The notes beneath the pieces were generated by a model that saw nothing but the letters and a program-made list of their open reading frames with translations, searched no databases and had not been told where the DNA came from. 64,000 bases of DNA, from positions 9,020 through 73,019 of the forward strand of contig JAAYGY010000050.1 of assembly GCA_012735575.1 (NCBI GenBank). Reading direction: 5' to 3'. The stretch is from Clostridiales bacterium. GTDB taxonomy: Bacteria > Bacillota > Clostridia > Caldicoprobacterales > UBA3941. Of this stretch, positions 9,101-17,736 are shown one piece after another (position 1 is the first letter of the stretch; each line of letters opens with the position of its first letter). A program made the translations under genes and the position numbers.

Positions 9101-9362
9101 AGAAAAGAGATCAAGATTTTCTGAGATATCCGTGTCGCTTTTATTTTGAACCTACATTGTAAATAAGGGAGTCCAAATCTAAAGGACTGATATCAGGCCT
9201 TTGTAAGTCCAATATGGCAGGGGAAGATAGATGCCTTTATGAGGACACCCACCTATCCGAGAGATAGGTGTCAAAATAGGGGCAACGGTATCTTGGATAA
9301 TGTATTAGAAATTTGATTATAAGACCATAAGTGCGTACAGACAACACTTATGGTCTTTTTTG
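9101..9362 (+). ncRNA. Unassigned structured RNA (about 260 nt) bounded by a promoter and an intrinsic terminator
   Basis: No ORF. Long-range closing helix: atcaagattttct (about 9110-9122) with agaaatttgat (about 9308-9320), and agata..ccgt (9123-9134) with acggtatct (9284-9292). Internal hairpins: cacctat-ccgagag-ataggtg and ggca..tgcc. Terminator: aagaccataagtg...cacttatggtctt followed by T6 (9321-9362). Confidence 0.5.
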
Positions 9363-9622
9363 TCTTTTGCTTTGAAAATTCACATTAATTTAACCCCTTG
9401 TGTTAGTTCGACAGTTATTGGTATATAATGGCTATTGATCCTTCATTTATCAATTACCATTATGTACATGGCAAACTAAAGGTTGAACTGGCACAATCAT
9501 TTAATTTAATATAGATAAGTGAATTTTATGTTATGATATCCAATTATGTGGTATTAATTAGAGGCAATGAGACAAATTATTAGTATAAATAAATATTTAA
9601 ATAGTATAAAGGAGGAATGATT

Positions 9623-10207
9623 TTGGCAAAACCAAAAAAGCCTAGATTTAAGGTAGCTAGGCATCTGGGGGAAAATGTATATAATCACCCTAAAGCCCTT
9701 AAAAGAGGGGTAAAGGTTCATAGAAAACAGTCGGAATATGGCAAGCAGTTATTGGAAAAACAAAAGCTAAAGGCATATTACGGACTCAAAGAGCGCCAGT
9801 TTAGGCGTTATGTAAAAGAAGCCTTAAAAACAAAGGAGAATCCAGGTGTTGTACTGATCCAGAATTTAGAATTAAGGCTAGATAATATAGTATACAGGCT
9901 GGGTTATGGTTCTACCTTACGTCAAGCCAGACAAATTGTAAACCATGGACATATTCGCGTAAATGGAAATAAAGTGGATATACCTTCTTACCTTCTAAAG
10001 GTTGGAGATGAAATCAGCTTAAGTGAGAGGGCAAGTAATAAAGATTTGTTCCGTGAAAATTTCCAGTCTGCGCCCCTGAATCTGAGCTATCTGACTAAAG
10101 ATGTGGAAACTTTAAAAGGCCAACTGGTAGGTGTACCTGATATAGATGAAATACCAATAAACGTTGAAATACAGCCCATAATAGAATTTTACTCCAGAAG
10201 GCTGTAG
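9623..10207 (+). CDS. rpsD: 30S ribosomal protein S4, divergent stand-alone copy
   Basis: S4 domain LDNIVYRLGYGSTLRQARQIVNHGHIRVNGNKVDIPSYLLKVGDEISL. The N-terminus MAKPKKPRFKVARHLG is atypical. The TTG at 9623 lies 7 nt after AAGGAGG, while the track ATG at 9617 is only 1 nt from the RBS. Confidence 0.85.
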   Translation: MAKPKKPRFKVARHLGENVYNHPKALKRGVKVHRKQSEYGKQLLEKQKLKAYYGLKERQFRRYVKEALKTKENPGVVLIQNLELRLDNIVYRLGYGSTLRQARQIVNHGHIRVNGNKVDIPSYLLKVGDEISLSERASNKDLFRENFQSAPLNLSYLTKDVETLKGQLVGVPDIDEIPINVEIQPIIEFYSRRL

Positions 10208-10230
10208 GACAAGGTTTTTAGATCTTTACA

Positions 10231-10269
10231 AGAATCGGAATTTTGCAAATCCCGATTCTTTTTATTTTT
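10231..10269 (+). terminator. Rho-independent terminator after rpsD
   Basis: agaatcgg / ccgattct stem followed by tttttattttt. Confidence 0.75.
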
Positions 10270-10273
10270 AAAA

Positions 10274-10289
10274 TGTGAGCCTGATCACA
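10274..10289. promoter_or_regulatory. CRP/FNR-family palindrome TGTGA-N6-TCACA upstream of the DUF1858-hemerythrin operon
   Basis: tgtgagcctgatcaca is a perfect inverted repeat. Its centre is about 41.5 nt upstream of the TSS predicted from the -10-like tattat at 10311-10316. Confidence 0.55.
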
Positions 10290-10500
10290 GATTTATCCCT
10301 TTAAGTCTTATATTATAAATTTGAAGCAAATAAATAACCAGTCAATTTTAAGACTATACTATGGACAAGATAATGATTGGAGGGATAGATTAAATTAATC
10401 CGTTTAAATTATTGTTTCAATAGATTTGATTGAGGGTAAGATGTAAAAGATTTAAAAAGATTATTTGGAAGTTAATATTAGAAACAGGAGGAAGATAGTT

Positions 10501-10692
10501 ATGAAAATTAAAAAGGAAATGACCATAGGAGAATTACTTAGAACCTATCCTCAAGTGATAGAAGCTCTTTTAGAGTTTAATATGGGATGTATTGGATGCC
10601 CCTCTGCACAGAGTGAAACTTTAGAAGAGGCAGCTATGGTTCATGGTATCAACGTAGATAAGCTTCTTGAAAGATTAAATGAGGCGGTATAA
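10501..10692 (+). CDS. DUF1858 / hybrid-cluster-protein-associated redox disulfide protein
   Basis: Small protein with a CIGCP motif (FNMGCIGCPSAQSETLEEAA). ATG at 10501 after AGGAGG. Lies next to hemerythrin and hcp. Confidence 0.75.
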   Translation: MKIKKEMTIGELLRTYPQVIEALLEFNMGCIGCPSAQSETLEEAAMVHGINVDKLLERLNEAV

Positions 10693-10697
10693 GTAAC

Positions 10698-11258
10698 ATG
10701 GACAGCATAAGCCTTATGGTTGAAGAGCATAAAAATATTAAGCGAATGCTCAAAGTTATCCGCAGGTATTGCTTTAGAATACTAAAAGGTCAGGAAGTTG
10801 ATTATAAAGATTTTTATAAAATAATTGACTTTATAAGGAATTACGCTGATAGCCATCACCATGGTAAAGAAGAAAAGATGCTCTTTAATAGAATGGCAGG
10901 TGAACTGGGGCCAGCAGCAGAAAAACTTGTAACCCACGGAATGTTGGTAGAACATGATCTAGGAAGGCTATACACAAAACAGTTGGAAGGAGCCATATCA
11001 AAGGTTTTAGATGGCGATGAAGAAGCCAAACTGGATGTAATTGGCAATGCCATAGGCTATGGGGATTTGTTAAATAGACATATCGATAAAGAGGATAGGA
11101 TAGTTTATGAATTCGCTAGAAAAAACCTAGCAGAGGATACTCTGAAAAAGATAAACTATGAGACCCAAGTATTTGAAAACAGGGCAAAGGAAAAGAATAT
11201 ACAGCAAAATTATCTGGATCTACTGAATGAATTAGAATCAAAGGTTTCAGAATCATAA
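10698..11258 (+). CDS. Hemerythrin (HHE cation-binding) domain protein
   Basis: H/E-rich metal-ligand pattern (EEHKNIKRML, HHHGKEE, VEHD, RHIDKED). Starts 6 nt after the DUF1858 gene. Confidence 0.75.
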   Translation: MDSISLMVEEHKNIKRMLKVIRRYCFRILKGQEVDYKDFYKIIDFIRNYADSHHHGKEEKMLFNRMAGELGPAAEKLVTHGMLVEHDLGRLYTKQLEGAISKVLDGDEEAKLDVIGNAIGYGDLLNRHIDKEDRIVYEFARKNLAEDTLKKINYETQVFENRAKEKNIQQNYLDLLNELESKVSES

Positions 11259-11278
11259 AAGATTTTATAATAAAATAG

Positions 11279-11301
11279 GGACTGCTACAGCAGTCCTTTT
11301 T
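11279..11301 (+). terminator. Rho-independent terminator
   Basis: ggactgc-taca-gcagtcc stem-loop followed by T5. Confidence 0.75.
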
Positions 11302-11334
11302 AATTGCAAGCATATTACAAAAAACTTTCCTGTG

Positions 11335-11348
11335 GTAACTAATGTTAC
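11335..11348. promoter_or_regulatory. GTAAC-N4-GTTAC palindrome (CRP/FNR/HcpR-like site) at about -41.5 of the hcp promoter
   Basis: gtaactaatgttac is a perfect inverted repeat. TATAAT lies at 11371-11376, so the predicted TSS is about 11383 and the site centre (11341.5) sits at about -41.5. Confidence 0.55.
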
Positions 11349-11492
11349 ATACTTTAAAATATACATTATTTATAATACAAAATGTAATGTTGGTGTGTCA
11401 ATTGCCTAATAAACGGGTAAAAAAAAGCAAGAGCATGTCTAACTTTCTGTTATGAAAATTAAATTATTAAAAAACTGGGAGGTAGGAAAAAA

Positions 11493-13124
11493 ATGAATAT
11501 GTTTTGTTATCAGTGTCAGGAAACCGCAAAGGGCACAGGTTGTACCCTAAGGGGTGTCTGCGGGAAGACTGCCCAAGTTTCAAATTTACAAGATCTACTA
11601 ATTTATACTGTAAAAGGCATTTCTGAGGTAGTGGTTAAAGGTGGATTAGATGTTAAAGAACTAGGTGATGTAAATCATGAGGTACTCAACAGCCTTTTTA
11701 TCACTATTACCAATGCTAACTTTGATGATGACGCTATTGAAGGACAGATCAAAAAGATGCTGGCTGAAAGGGATAAGCTGAGAGCAAAGGTAACCGCTGA
11801 AAATCTGCACGATTGCGCTACCTTTGAAGTCGGCGACAGACAATCCATGTTGGAAAAGGCTGTTAATGTAGGTATCTTATCCACAGAAAATGAAGACATT
11901 AGGTCTTTGAGAGAGATGATAACCTACGGTATCAAAGGTTTAGCTGCTTATGCTCATCATGCACTAAACATTGGCAAGGAAAACCCTGATCTTTATGCTT
12001 TTATCTATGAGGCTATGGCAGCTACAGTGGATGACAGCTTAACCGTTGATGATTTGGTTGCTCTAACTTTAAAGACTGGTGAACATGGAGTTGCGGCCAT
12101 GGCACTATTAGATGAGGCCAATACCTCAAAGTACGGTAACCCTGAGATCACTGAGGTAAATATCGGTGTACGCAATAATCCCGCTATTTTAGTCTCCGGC
12201 CACGATCTGACGGATTTGGAGCAGCTATTAGAGCAGACTAAGGGCACTGGTGTTGATGTCTACACCCATGGAGAGATGCTGCCAGCTCACTACTATCCAG
12301 CTTTCAAAAAGTATGATCATTTTGTAGGCAACTATGGAAACGCCTGGTGGAAACAAATAGAAGAGTTCGAATCCTTTAATGGACCTATTCTGTTCACCAC
12401 AAATTGCTTGGTTCCTCCAAGAAGTGAAGAGGTAAGATCAAGAATCTTTACCACTGGAGCAACAGGATACCCAGGATGTGTTCATATAGAAGCTGATGAG
12501 AACGGTAAAAAAGATTTCTCACAAATCATTGAAATGGCCAAGAAATTAAATCCTCCTAAAGAAATTGAAAATGGTACCATAGTGGGTGGCTTTGCACACA
12601 ACCAGGTATTTGCACTGGCTGATAAAATAGTTGATGCAGTTAAGAGTGGTGCCATCAGGAAGTTCTTCGTAATGGCCGGCTGCGATGGCAGGATGAAATC
12701 CAGGGAATACTATACCCAGTTTGCCGAAAGATTACCCAGGGATACTGTAATCCTGACTGCCGGATGTGCCAAATACAGATATAATAAGTTAGATGTTGGA
12801 GATATTGGAGGAATTCCAAGGGTACTTGATGCAGGACAGTGTAATGATTCCTACTCCCTTGCACTAATAGCACTGAAACTAAAGGAAATCTTTGAGCTAG
12901 AGGATGTTAACCAACTGCCCATAGCTTACAATATTGCCTGGTATGAGCAAAAAGCTGTTATTGTACTACTGGCTCTACTTTACCTGGGAGTTAAAAACAT
13001 CCATCTAGGACCAACTCTACCTGGCTTCTTATCTCCAAACGTAGCTAAAGTATTGGTAGAGCAATTTGGAATTGGTGGTATCACCGAAGTTGATGAAGAT
13101 ATAAAAATGTTCATGAGTGCATAA
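11493..13124 (+). CDS. hcp: Hydroxylamine reductase / hybrid cluster protein
   Basis: Canonical N-terminus [23 protein letters not shown] and full-length Hcp architecture. The true start may be the ATG at 11499. Confidence 0.95.
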   Translation: MNMFCYQCQETAKGTGCTLRGVCGKTAQVSNLQDLLIYTVKGISEVVVKGGLDVKELGDVNHEVLNSLFITITNANFDDDAIEGQIKKMLAERDKLRAKVTAENLHDCATFEVGDRQSMLEKAVNVGILSTENEDIRSLREMITYGIKGLAAYAHHALNIGKENPDLYAFIYEAMAATVDDSLTVDDLVALTLKTGEHGVAAMALLDEANTSKYGNPEITEVNIGVRNNPAILVSGHDLTDLEQLLEQTKGTGVDVYTHGEMLPAHYYPAFKKYDHFVGNYGNAWWKQIEEFESFNGPILFTTNCLVPPRSEEVRSRIFTTGATGYPGCVHIEADENGKKDFSQIIEMAKKLNPPKEIENGTIVGGFAHNQVFALADKIVDAVKSGAIRKFFVMAGCDGRMKSREYYTQFAERLPRDTVILTAGCAKYRYNKLDVGDIGGIPRVLDAGQCNDSYSLALIALKLKEIFELEDVNQLPIAYNIAWYEQKAVIVLLALLYLGVKNIHLGPTLPGFLSPNVAKVLVEQFGIGGITEVDEDIKMFMSA

Positions 13125-13145
13125 TAATTACAAACCCCTATAATA

Positions 13146-13180
13146 AAAACCCTAGCATGATTAAAAAGCTAGGGTTTTTT
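13146..13180. terminator. Bidirectional terminator between hcp and the MFS gene
   Basis: aaaaaccctagc / gctagggttttt stem with A and T runs on either side. Confidence 0.8.
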
Positions 13181-13204
13181 ACTTTAGTTTTAGAACATCC
13201 TTTT

Positions 13205-14485
13205 TTATGCCTTTATTGTATCAGCATCTTTATTATTATCGTGCTGTGCCAGGGGGCTTGAGAACAGTACCAGTACTGCACATGCAACATAAAGAATTAT
13301 ATTAAGGACAAAGGGTAGTATCCTGTTGATCTCAGACAGTTTTCCCGTTATCCAACCAAAAGGAGAAGTAATGGCAAGCATCATAACAGACATTAGACCT
13401 ACAATCCTTGCCCGCTCCTTGGGATCTACAGATAGAACCAGCAGGGAATCCTTTCTGGGAATCAACAATGCATGGGCAAAGGATTCACACAGCATATAGA
13501 GGAGAAGAATGCCATAGCCTTGAGGTTTAGACAATATAAGGAGGGTATTACTCAAAATATATAAACCAGCACCAATGGTCATTACAGGCTTATAAGGCAA
13601 GTCATTTATAAAAGCCTGAACCGTAAAAATAAATATCAGCATGACAGCCGCCCGAACTATGGGGAAATAGGCAATGTATGATTCCGGTATTAGTAAGTTC
13701 ATATTGATATACAGGCCAAAGAAGTTGTTGGTAATCATTGTGCCGATATTTATAATGGTCATTATAGCAAGTATCATTCTGGTAGCAGGGGTACGAACTA
13801 TGAGCAAGAATATATCCTTATATCCGGCTAGCATTTCACTTGTTTTTTGATTTTTAGTCTCTTCCAGTCTACGAAGTCCCTGTTTTGTTTCTGTGCTATA
13901 AAAATATAATATAAAGAACTTAGCTGTCATTACAATAAAAGTGAATCCATATATAATCCTCATAGCAGGTATCAATGTAGCTTTAGAAACCAATATTCCA
14001 GCCAAGGGGGCAAAGAAAACTGACAACAATCCTGATACAGTACACCATGTATATATACTTACCAGGAGATTAGGTGGACAATCCTCTACCATAAGACAAT
14101 TCCATGAATTACTGGTTATCTGCCACAGAGAATTAAAGATGGTTGCTGCAAGAAACCACCAGAAATTCTGTGATAGGGTCCAGATCAATGCAGGAATAGA
14201 CCATGATATCAGGTCAAAAATAAAGGTACATTTTCTTCTACCTAGCTTGTCTGTAGCAATTCCTCCAAATAGGGCAGCAAATACCTGAAGCACCGTTCCG
14301 ATACTGAGAAGGAGACCTATCTGTTGATCCTTTACACCTAGAGCATACATATATAATGTAGCATATGGTGCATAAAGATTGTAGGGAATTCCCCAGAGAG
14401 GTTCAGTATAGACACAGGCTTTTTGGTTGCCTTCCAAGTTGATTAGAGTATTTATTAGAGGATGTTTTTTAATCTGACTCTTCAT
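13205..14485 (-). CDS. MFS transporter
   Basis: About 12 TM helices and MFS motif A GGIATDKLGRRK. Confidence 0.8.
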   Translation of the reverse strand: MKSQIKKHPLINTLINLEGNQKACVYTEPLWGIPYNLYAPYATLYMYALGVKDQQIGLLLSIGTVLQVFAALFGGIATDKLGRRKCTFIFDLISWSIPALIWTLSQNFWWFLAATIFNSLWQITSNSWNCLMVEDCPPNLLVSIYTWCTVSGLLSVFFAPLAGILVSKATLIPAMRIIYGFTFIVMTAKFFILYFYSTETKQGLRRLEETKNQKTSEMLAGYKDIFLLIVRTPATRMILAIMTIINIGTMITNNFFGLYINMNLLIPESYIAYFPIVRAAVMLIFIFTVQAFINDLPYKPVMTIGAGLYILSNTLLILSKPQGYGILLLYMLCESFAHALLIPRKDSLLVLSVDPKERARIVGLMSVMMLAITSPFGWITGKLSEINRILPFVLNIILYVACAVLVLFSSPLAQHDNNKDADTIKA

Positions 14486-14875
14486 AAAGCCTCTCCTTTC
14501 AAAAAATTAGTGGGTATACATCAAAACTGTTTTTATAACACTTGTTATATTCTAATACAAATATTAGAAAAGTACAATGTAGAAAAGTATAATAACCAAA
14601 TGAGCCTTGATTTCATGGCACAATTGTTTATAAGTTTTATAGGAACCATCTTGTTTTAAATTGTACTTTATGGTAGAATGAAAATGTATTATGAATAGAC
14701 TTGTTTATAACTTATACTTAATTTAGTAAAATTAAATATTGTTTTTGTGGAGATTAGGAGTCGTGTAAAAATAAGGCTGTGAAAGCCTTAGTTTGGCACG
14801 GCTTGTTGTTTTCCATTAACGTATTTGATTAAGTTTCTTGGATAGCAATAAAAACTAAAAAAAGGGTGGTAGATT

Positions 14876-15976
14876 ATGCAGGAAAATATCAAATGGATTG
14901 ACTTTGACACTATGGAAAGATTTATGGTTGATGTTTTTAAAGGAGTAGGAGTGCCTGAAGAAGATGCCAAGATTTGTGCTGAGGTACTTATATGGGCTGA
15001 CAAGCGGGGAATAGACTCCCACGGAACTAACAGGTTAAAACCCATATATTATGACAGGATTAATGACGGTATTCAATTCCCCAAGACAAATTTTGAAGTA
15101 GTTAAGGAAGGTCCTACCACTGCTGTTGTAGATGGACATCACGGTATGGGTATGGTAATTGGTAAAAGATCAATGGACATGGCTATAGAAAAAGCCAAGA
15201 AATATGGTATGGGTATGGTGGCTGTAAGAAATTCCACCCATTATGGTGCTGCTGGCTACTATGCTGATATGGCTGTTAAGGCTGGGATGATAGGTATTAC
15301 TGGAACTAACGCTCGTCCTTCCATAGCGCCAACCTTTGGTGTTGAAAATATGCTGGGTACTAATCCTCTAACCTTTGGTATGCCCACTGACGAAGATTTC
15401 CCCTTTTTGCTGGATTGTGCTACATCCATAACTCAACGTGGTAAAATTGAAGTTTATGCAAAAATAGGCAAGAAAATGCCTGAAGGTTGGGTAATAGACG
15501 AAAACGGAGACTATCAAACTGATCCTGATAAAGTTCTTGAAGATCTGGTAAAAGGTACTGCTGCTTTAACACCCCTTGGCGGAGCCGGTGAAGAATTAGG
15601 TGGCTATAAAGGATATGGTTATGCAACAGTGGTAGAGATACTATCTGCTGCTCTGCAGGGAGGAAGTTTCCTTAAAATGCTGACAGGTTTTAAGGATGGC
15701 AAAAAGGTTCCCTATTGCTTGGGACATTTCTTTATTGCTATTGATGTATCTGCATTTACTGAGCTTGAAGATTTTAAAAAGACCACTGGAGATATTTTAA
15801 GAGAACTACGAAATTCTAAAAAGGCTAAAGGCCAAGACAGGATATATACAGCAGGTGAAAAGGAATATGATACATGGACTTACAGAAAGGATAAAGGAGT
15901 ACCAGTAAATCCAGAATTATTAAGAGAACTTATTACTGTTAGGGATGAACTAGGATTAGAAGGATATGACTTTTAA
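14876..15976 (+). CDS. Ldh_2 family (malate/L-lactate/L-sulfolactate/ureidoglycolate-type) dehydrogenase
   Basis: Family-typical blocks WADKRGIDSHGTNRL, VAVRNSTHYGAAGYY, LGTNPLTFGMP and GYKGYGYA. Confidence 0.8.
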   Translation: MQENIKWIDFDTMERFMVDVFKGVGVPEEDAKICAEVLIWADKRGIDSHGTNRLKPIYYDRINDGIQFPKTNFEVVKEGPTTAVVDGHHGMGMVIGKRSMDMAIEKAKKYGMGMVAVRNSTHYGAAGYYADMAVKAGMIGITGTNARPSIAPTFGVENMLGTNPLTFGMPTDEDFPFLLDCATSITQRGKIEVYAKIGKKMPEGWVIDENGDYQTDPDKVLEDLVKGTAALTPLGGAGEELGGYKGYGYATVVEILSAALQGGSFLKMLTGFKDGKKVPYCLGHFFIAIDVSAFTELEDFKKTTGDILRELRNSKKAKGQDRIYTAGEKEYDTWTYRKDKGVPVNPELLRELITVRDELGLEGYDF

Positions 15977-16002
15977 TTTAATGGCATATGAGGGGGATAA
16001 AA

Positions 16003-17175
16003 ATGGATATAAAAAAGGAAGCTTTGGAGTTACACCGTAAGTGGAAAGGGAAAATTGAGGTAGTAAGTAGGGTAGAGGTAAAAACCAGCAGAGATCTTTC
16101 ACTGGCTTATACACCAGGAGTAGCTGAGCCGTGTCTGGCAATAAAGGATGATGTAAATCTTTCCTACGAATATACCAGGAGATGGAATACTGTAGCGGTT
16201 ATTACCGATGGTAGCGCAGTGCTAGGTTTAGGGGATATAGGACCTGAGGCTGGAATGCCTGTTATGGAAGGTAAATGCGTGTTGTTTAAGGCTTTTGCCG
16301 ATGTGGATGCCTTTCCCCTTTGTATAAAATCTAAGGATGTTGATGAGATAGTCAATACCATCAAGCTTATATCTGGAAGTTTTGGCGGCATTAATTTAGA
16401 GGATATTGCTGCCCCCAGATGTTTTGAAATCGAGAGAAGGCTGAAAGAGGAATGTGATATACCTATTTTCCATGACGATCAGCATGGAACAGCTATTGTA
16501 GTCTTGGCGGCTATGATAAATTCTCTAAAAATTGTAGACAAGGACATAAAGGACATAAAAGTTGTGGTGAATGGTTTAGGTGCAGCAGGAACCGCCATAA
16601 TTAGGTTACTTATGAGCATGGGGTTAAAAAATGTGATAGCATGTGACAGAAGTGGTGCAGTATATGAAGGTAAAGAAGGGCTTGACCGTGAGAAATCGGC
16701 AATAGCAAAGGTTACCAATCCAGAAAAACTAAAGGGTACACTAAAGGATGTAATAGTGGGAGCAGACGTATTTTTAGGTGTATCAGCAGCAAATGTACTG
16801 ACCCAGGATATGGTAAGGACTATGGCCAAGGATGCTATAGTATTTGCTATGGCAAACCCTGTTCCTGAGATAATGCCTGATCTGGCTAAAGAGGCGGGAG
16901 CAAGGGTAGTAGGAACAGGCAGATCGGATTTTGCAAATCAGATAAACAACGTACTGGCTTTCCCTGGCATCTTTAGGGGTGCCCTTGATGTTAGAGCCAG
17001 TGATATAAACGATGAAATGAAGATAGCAGCAGCAGAAGCGATTGCATCACTCATTAGCCCTGAAGAATTGAACGAAGAGTATGTAATTCCTGCGGCTTTC
17101 GACGAAAGAGTGGCCAAGACAGTAGCTCAAGCTGTAGCAAAAGCAGCCAAAGAATCTGGAGTCGCCAGAATATAG
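16003..17175 (+). CDS. NAD(P)-dependent malic enzyme (short MaeA/YtsJ type)
   Basis: LSLAYTPGVAEPC, GLGDIGPEAGMPVMEGK, FGGINLEDIAAPRCFEIE and HDDQHGTAIV. The ATG at 16003 follows GAGGGGGA. Confidence 0.9.
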   Translation: MDIKKEALELHRKWKGKIEVVSRVEVKTSRDLSLAYTPGVAEPCLAIKDDVNLSYEYTRRWNTVAVITDGSAVLGLGDIGPEAGMPVMEGKCVLFKAFADVDAFPLCIKSKDVDEIVNTIKLISGSFGGINLEDIAAPRCFEIERRLKEECDIPIFHDDQHGTAIVVLAAMINSLKIVDKDIKDIKVVVNGLGAAGTAIIRLLMSMGLKNVIACDRSGAVYEGKEGLDREKSAIAKVTNPEKLKGTLKDVIVGADVFLGVSAANVLTQDMVRTMAKDAIVFAMANPVPEIMPDLAKEAGARVVGTGRSDFANQINNVLAFPGIFRGALDVRASDINDEMKIAAAEAIASLISPEELNEEYVIPAAFDERVAKTVAQAVAKAAKESGVARI

Positions 17176-17183
17176 TATTATCA

Positions 17184-17213
17184 AGGAATGGATAACATCC
17201 ATTCCTTTTTTTT
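17184..17213 (+). terminator. Rho-independent terminator after the malic enzyme gene
   Basis: aaggaatgga / tccattcctt stem followed by T8. Confidence 0.85.
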
Positions 17214-17329
17214 GTAAAAAAATCGTGTAAAATTCAAAAGAAATTAGTAAAATGATTCTTTTGGAAATATCTTTGGAAATAAAGGGAATGTGAAAACAAT
17301 ATCAAATAATAAAAGTATCAAATAATAAA

Positions 17330-17415
17330 AACTGTGATAAGGGCAAACTATCCGAAAGGGTAGGACGCAAAGTCAGGAGTCTAAGACATTTATGTTATGA
17401 CCGTCCGACTGCCAC
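17330..17415 (+). promoter_or_regulatory. c-di-GMP-I (GEMM-I) riboswitch aptamer
   Basis: GGGCAAAC-tatcc-GAAA-gggta-GGACGCAAAGTC-aggagTCTAAG...ATGACcgtCCGACTGCC matches the class-I layout: a GGCAAAC core, a GNRA-capped P1b, GACGCAAAG, and a P2 with a tetraloop-receptor-type arm. Confidence 0.85.
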
Positions 17416-17443
17416 AACATTTATTAATGGCAGTCGTTTTTTT
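17407..17443 (+). terminator. Riboswitch expression-platform terminator
   Basis: gactgcca (17407-17414) pairs with tggcagtc (17428-17435), followed by T7. The 5' arm is the 3' end of the aptamer. Confidence 0.8.
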
Positions 17444-17736
17444 GGCATAAAAACCCTGTTAAATGGAATAATAATGTAAAGATGGACAAATAAAAGATAT
17501 TCTATTCTAATCTATTGAAACTTATCAAAGGGTAATATATATAAGAATATCCGATAAGTATAAGAAGAAAGGTGATTATATGAATTAAAAAAAATCACTT
17601 ACAAGGAACTTATTATAGAACTAGATCTTTTGAACTAGAAAAATCAAGAGAACATTTTAAATGAGCATAAGTAAAATATTAATGGCCAAGGCTAGTAAAA
17701 GATAAGCGACTAATAGGAAGAAAGGCTGGGCTAAAA

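Noticed and set aside
9121-9175. TPP-riboswitch-like words (CTGAGA ... TTGAACCT ... AGGGA) at the 5' end of the orphan RNA.
   Set aside because: The upstream GGGGTGC-type P1/P2 strand and the ACCC/pyrimidine-sensor helix are absent, and the spacing does not fit the THI element. No thiamine gene follows.
14759-14822. Nested hairpin (gtcgtg...aaggct-gtgaa-agcctt...cacggc) followed by ttgttgtttt, about 50 nt upstream of the Ldh_2 gene. This could be an attenuator or a small riboswitch.
   Set aside because: The outer stem is short and includes a G-U pair, and the U tract is interrupted. I cannot match it to any known motif. It is not strong enough to call without conservation data.
17580-17588. 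Two-codon mini-ORF (ATG AAT TAA) with a good RBS (AAAGGTGA) in the gap after the riboswitch.
   Set aside because: It is too short to encode a product. It could be a leader mini-ORF, but there is no supporting structure or conservation evidence. It is noted only within the riboswitch-context finding.
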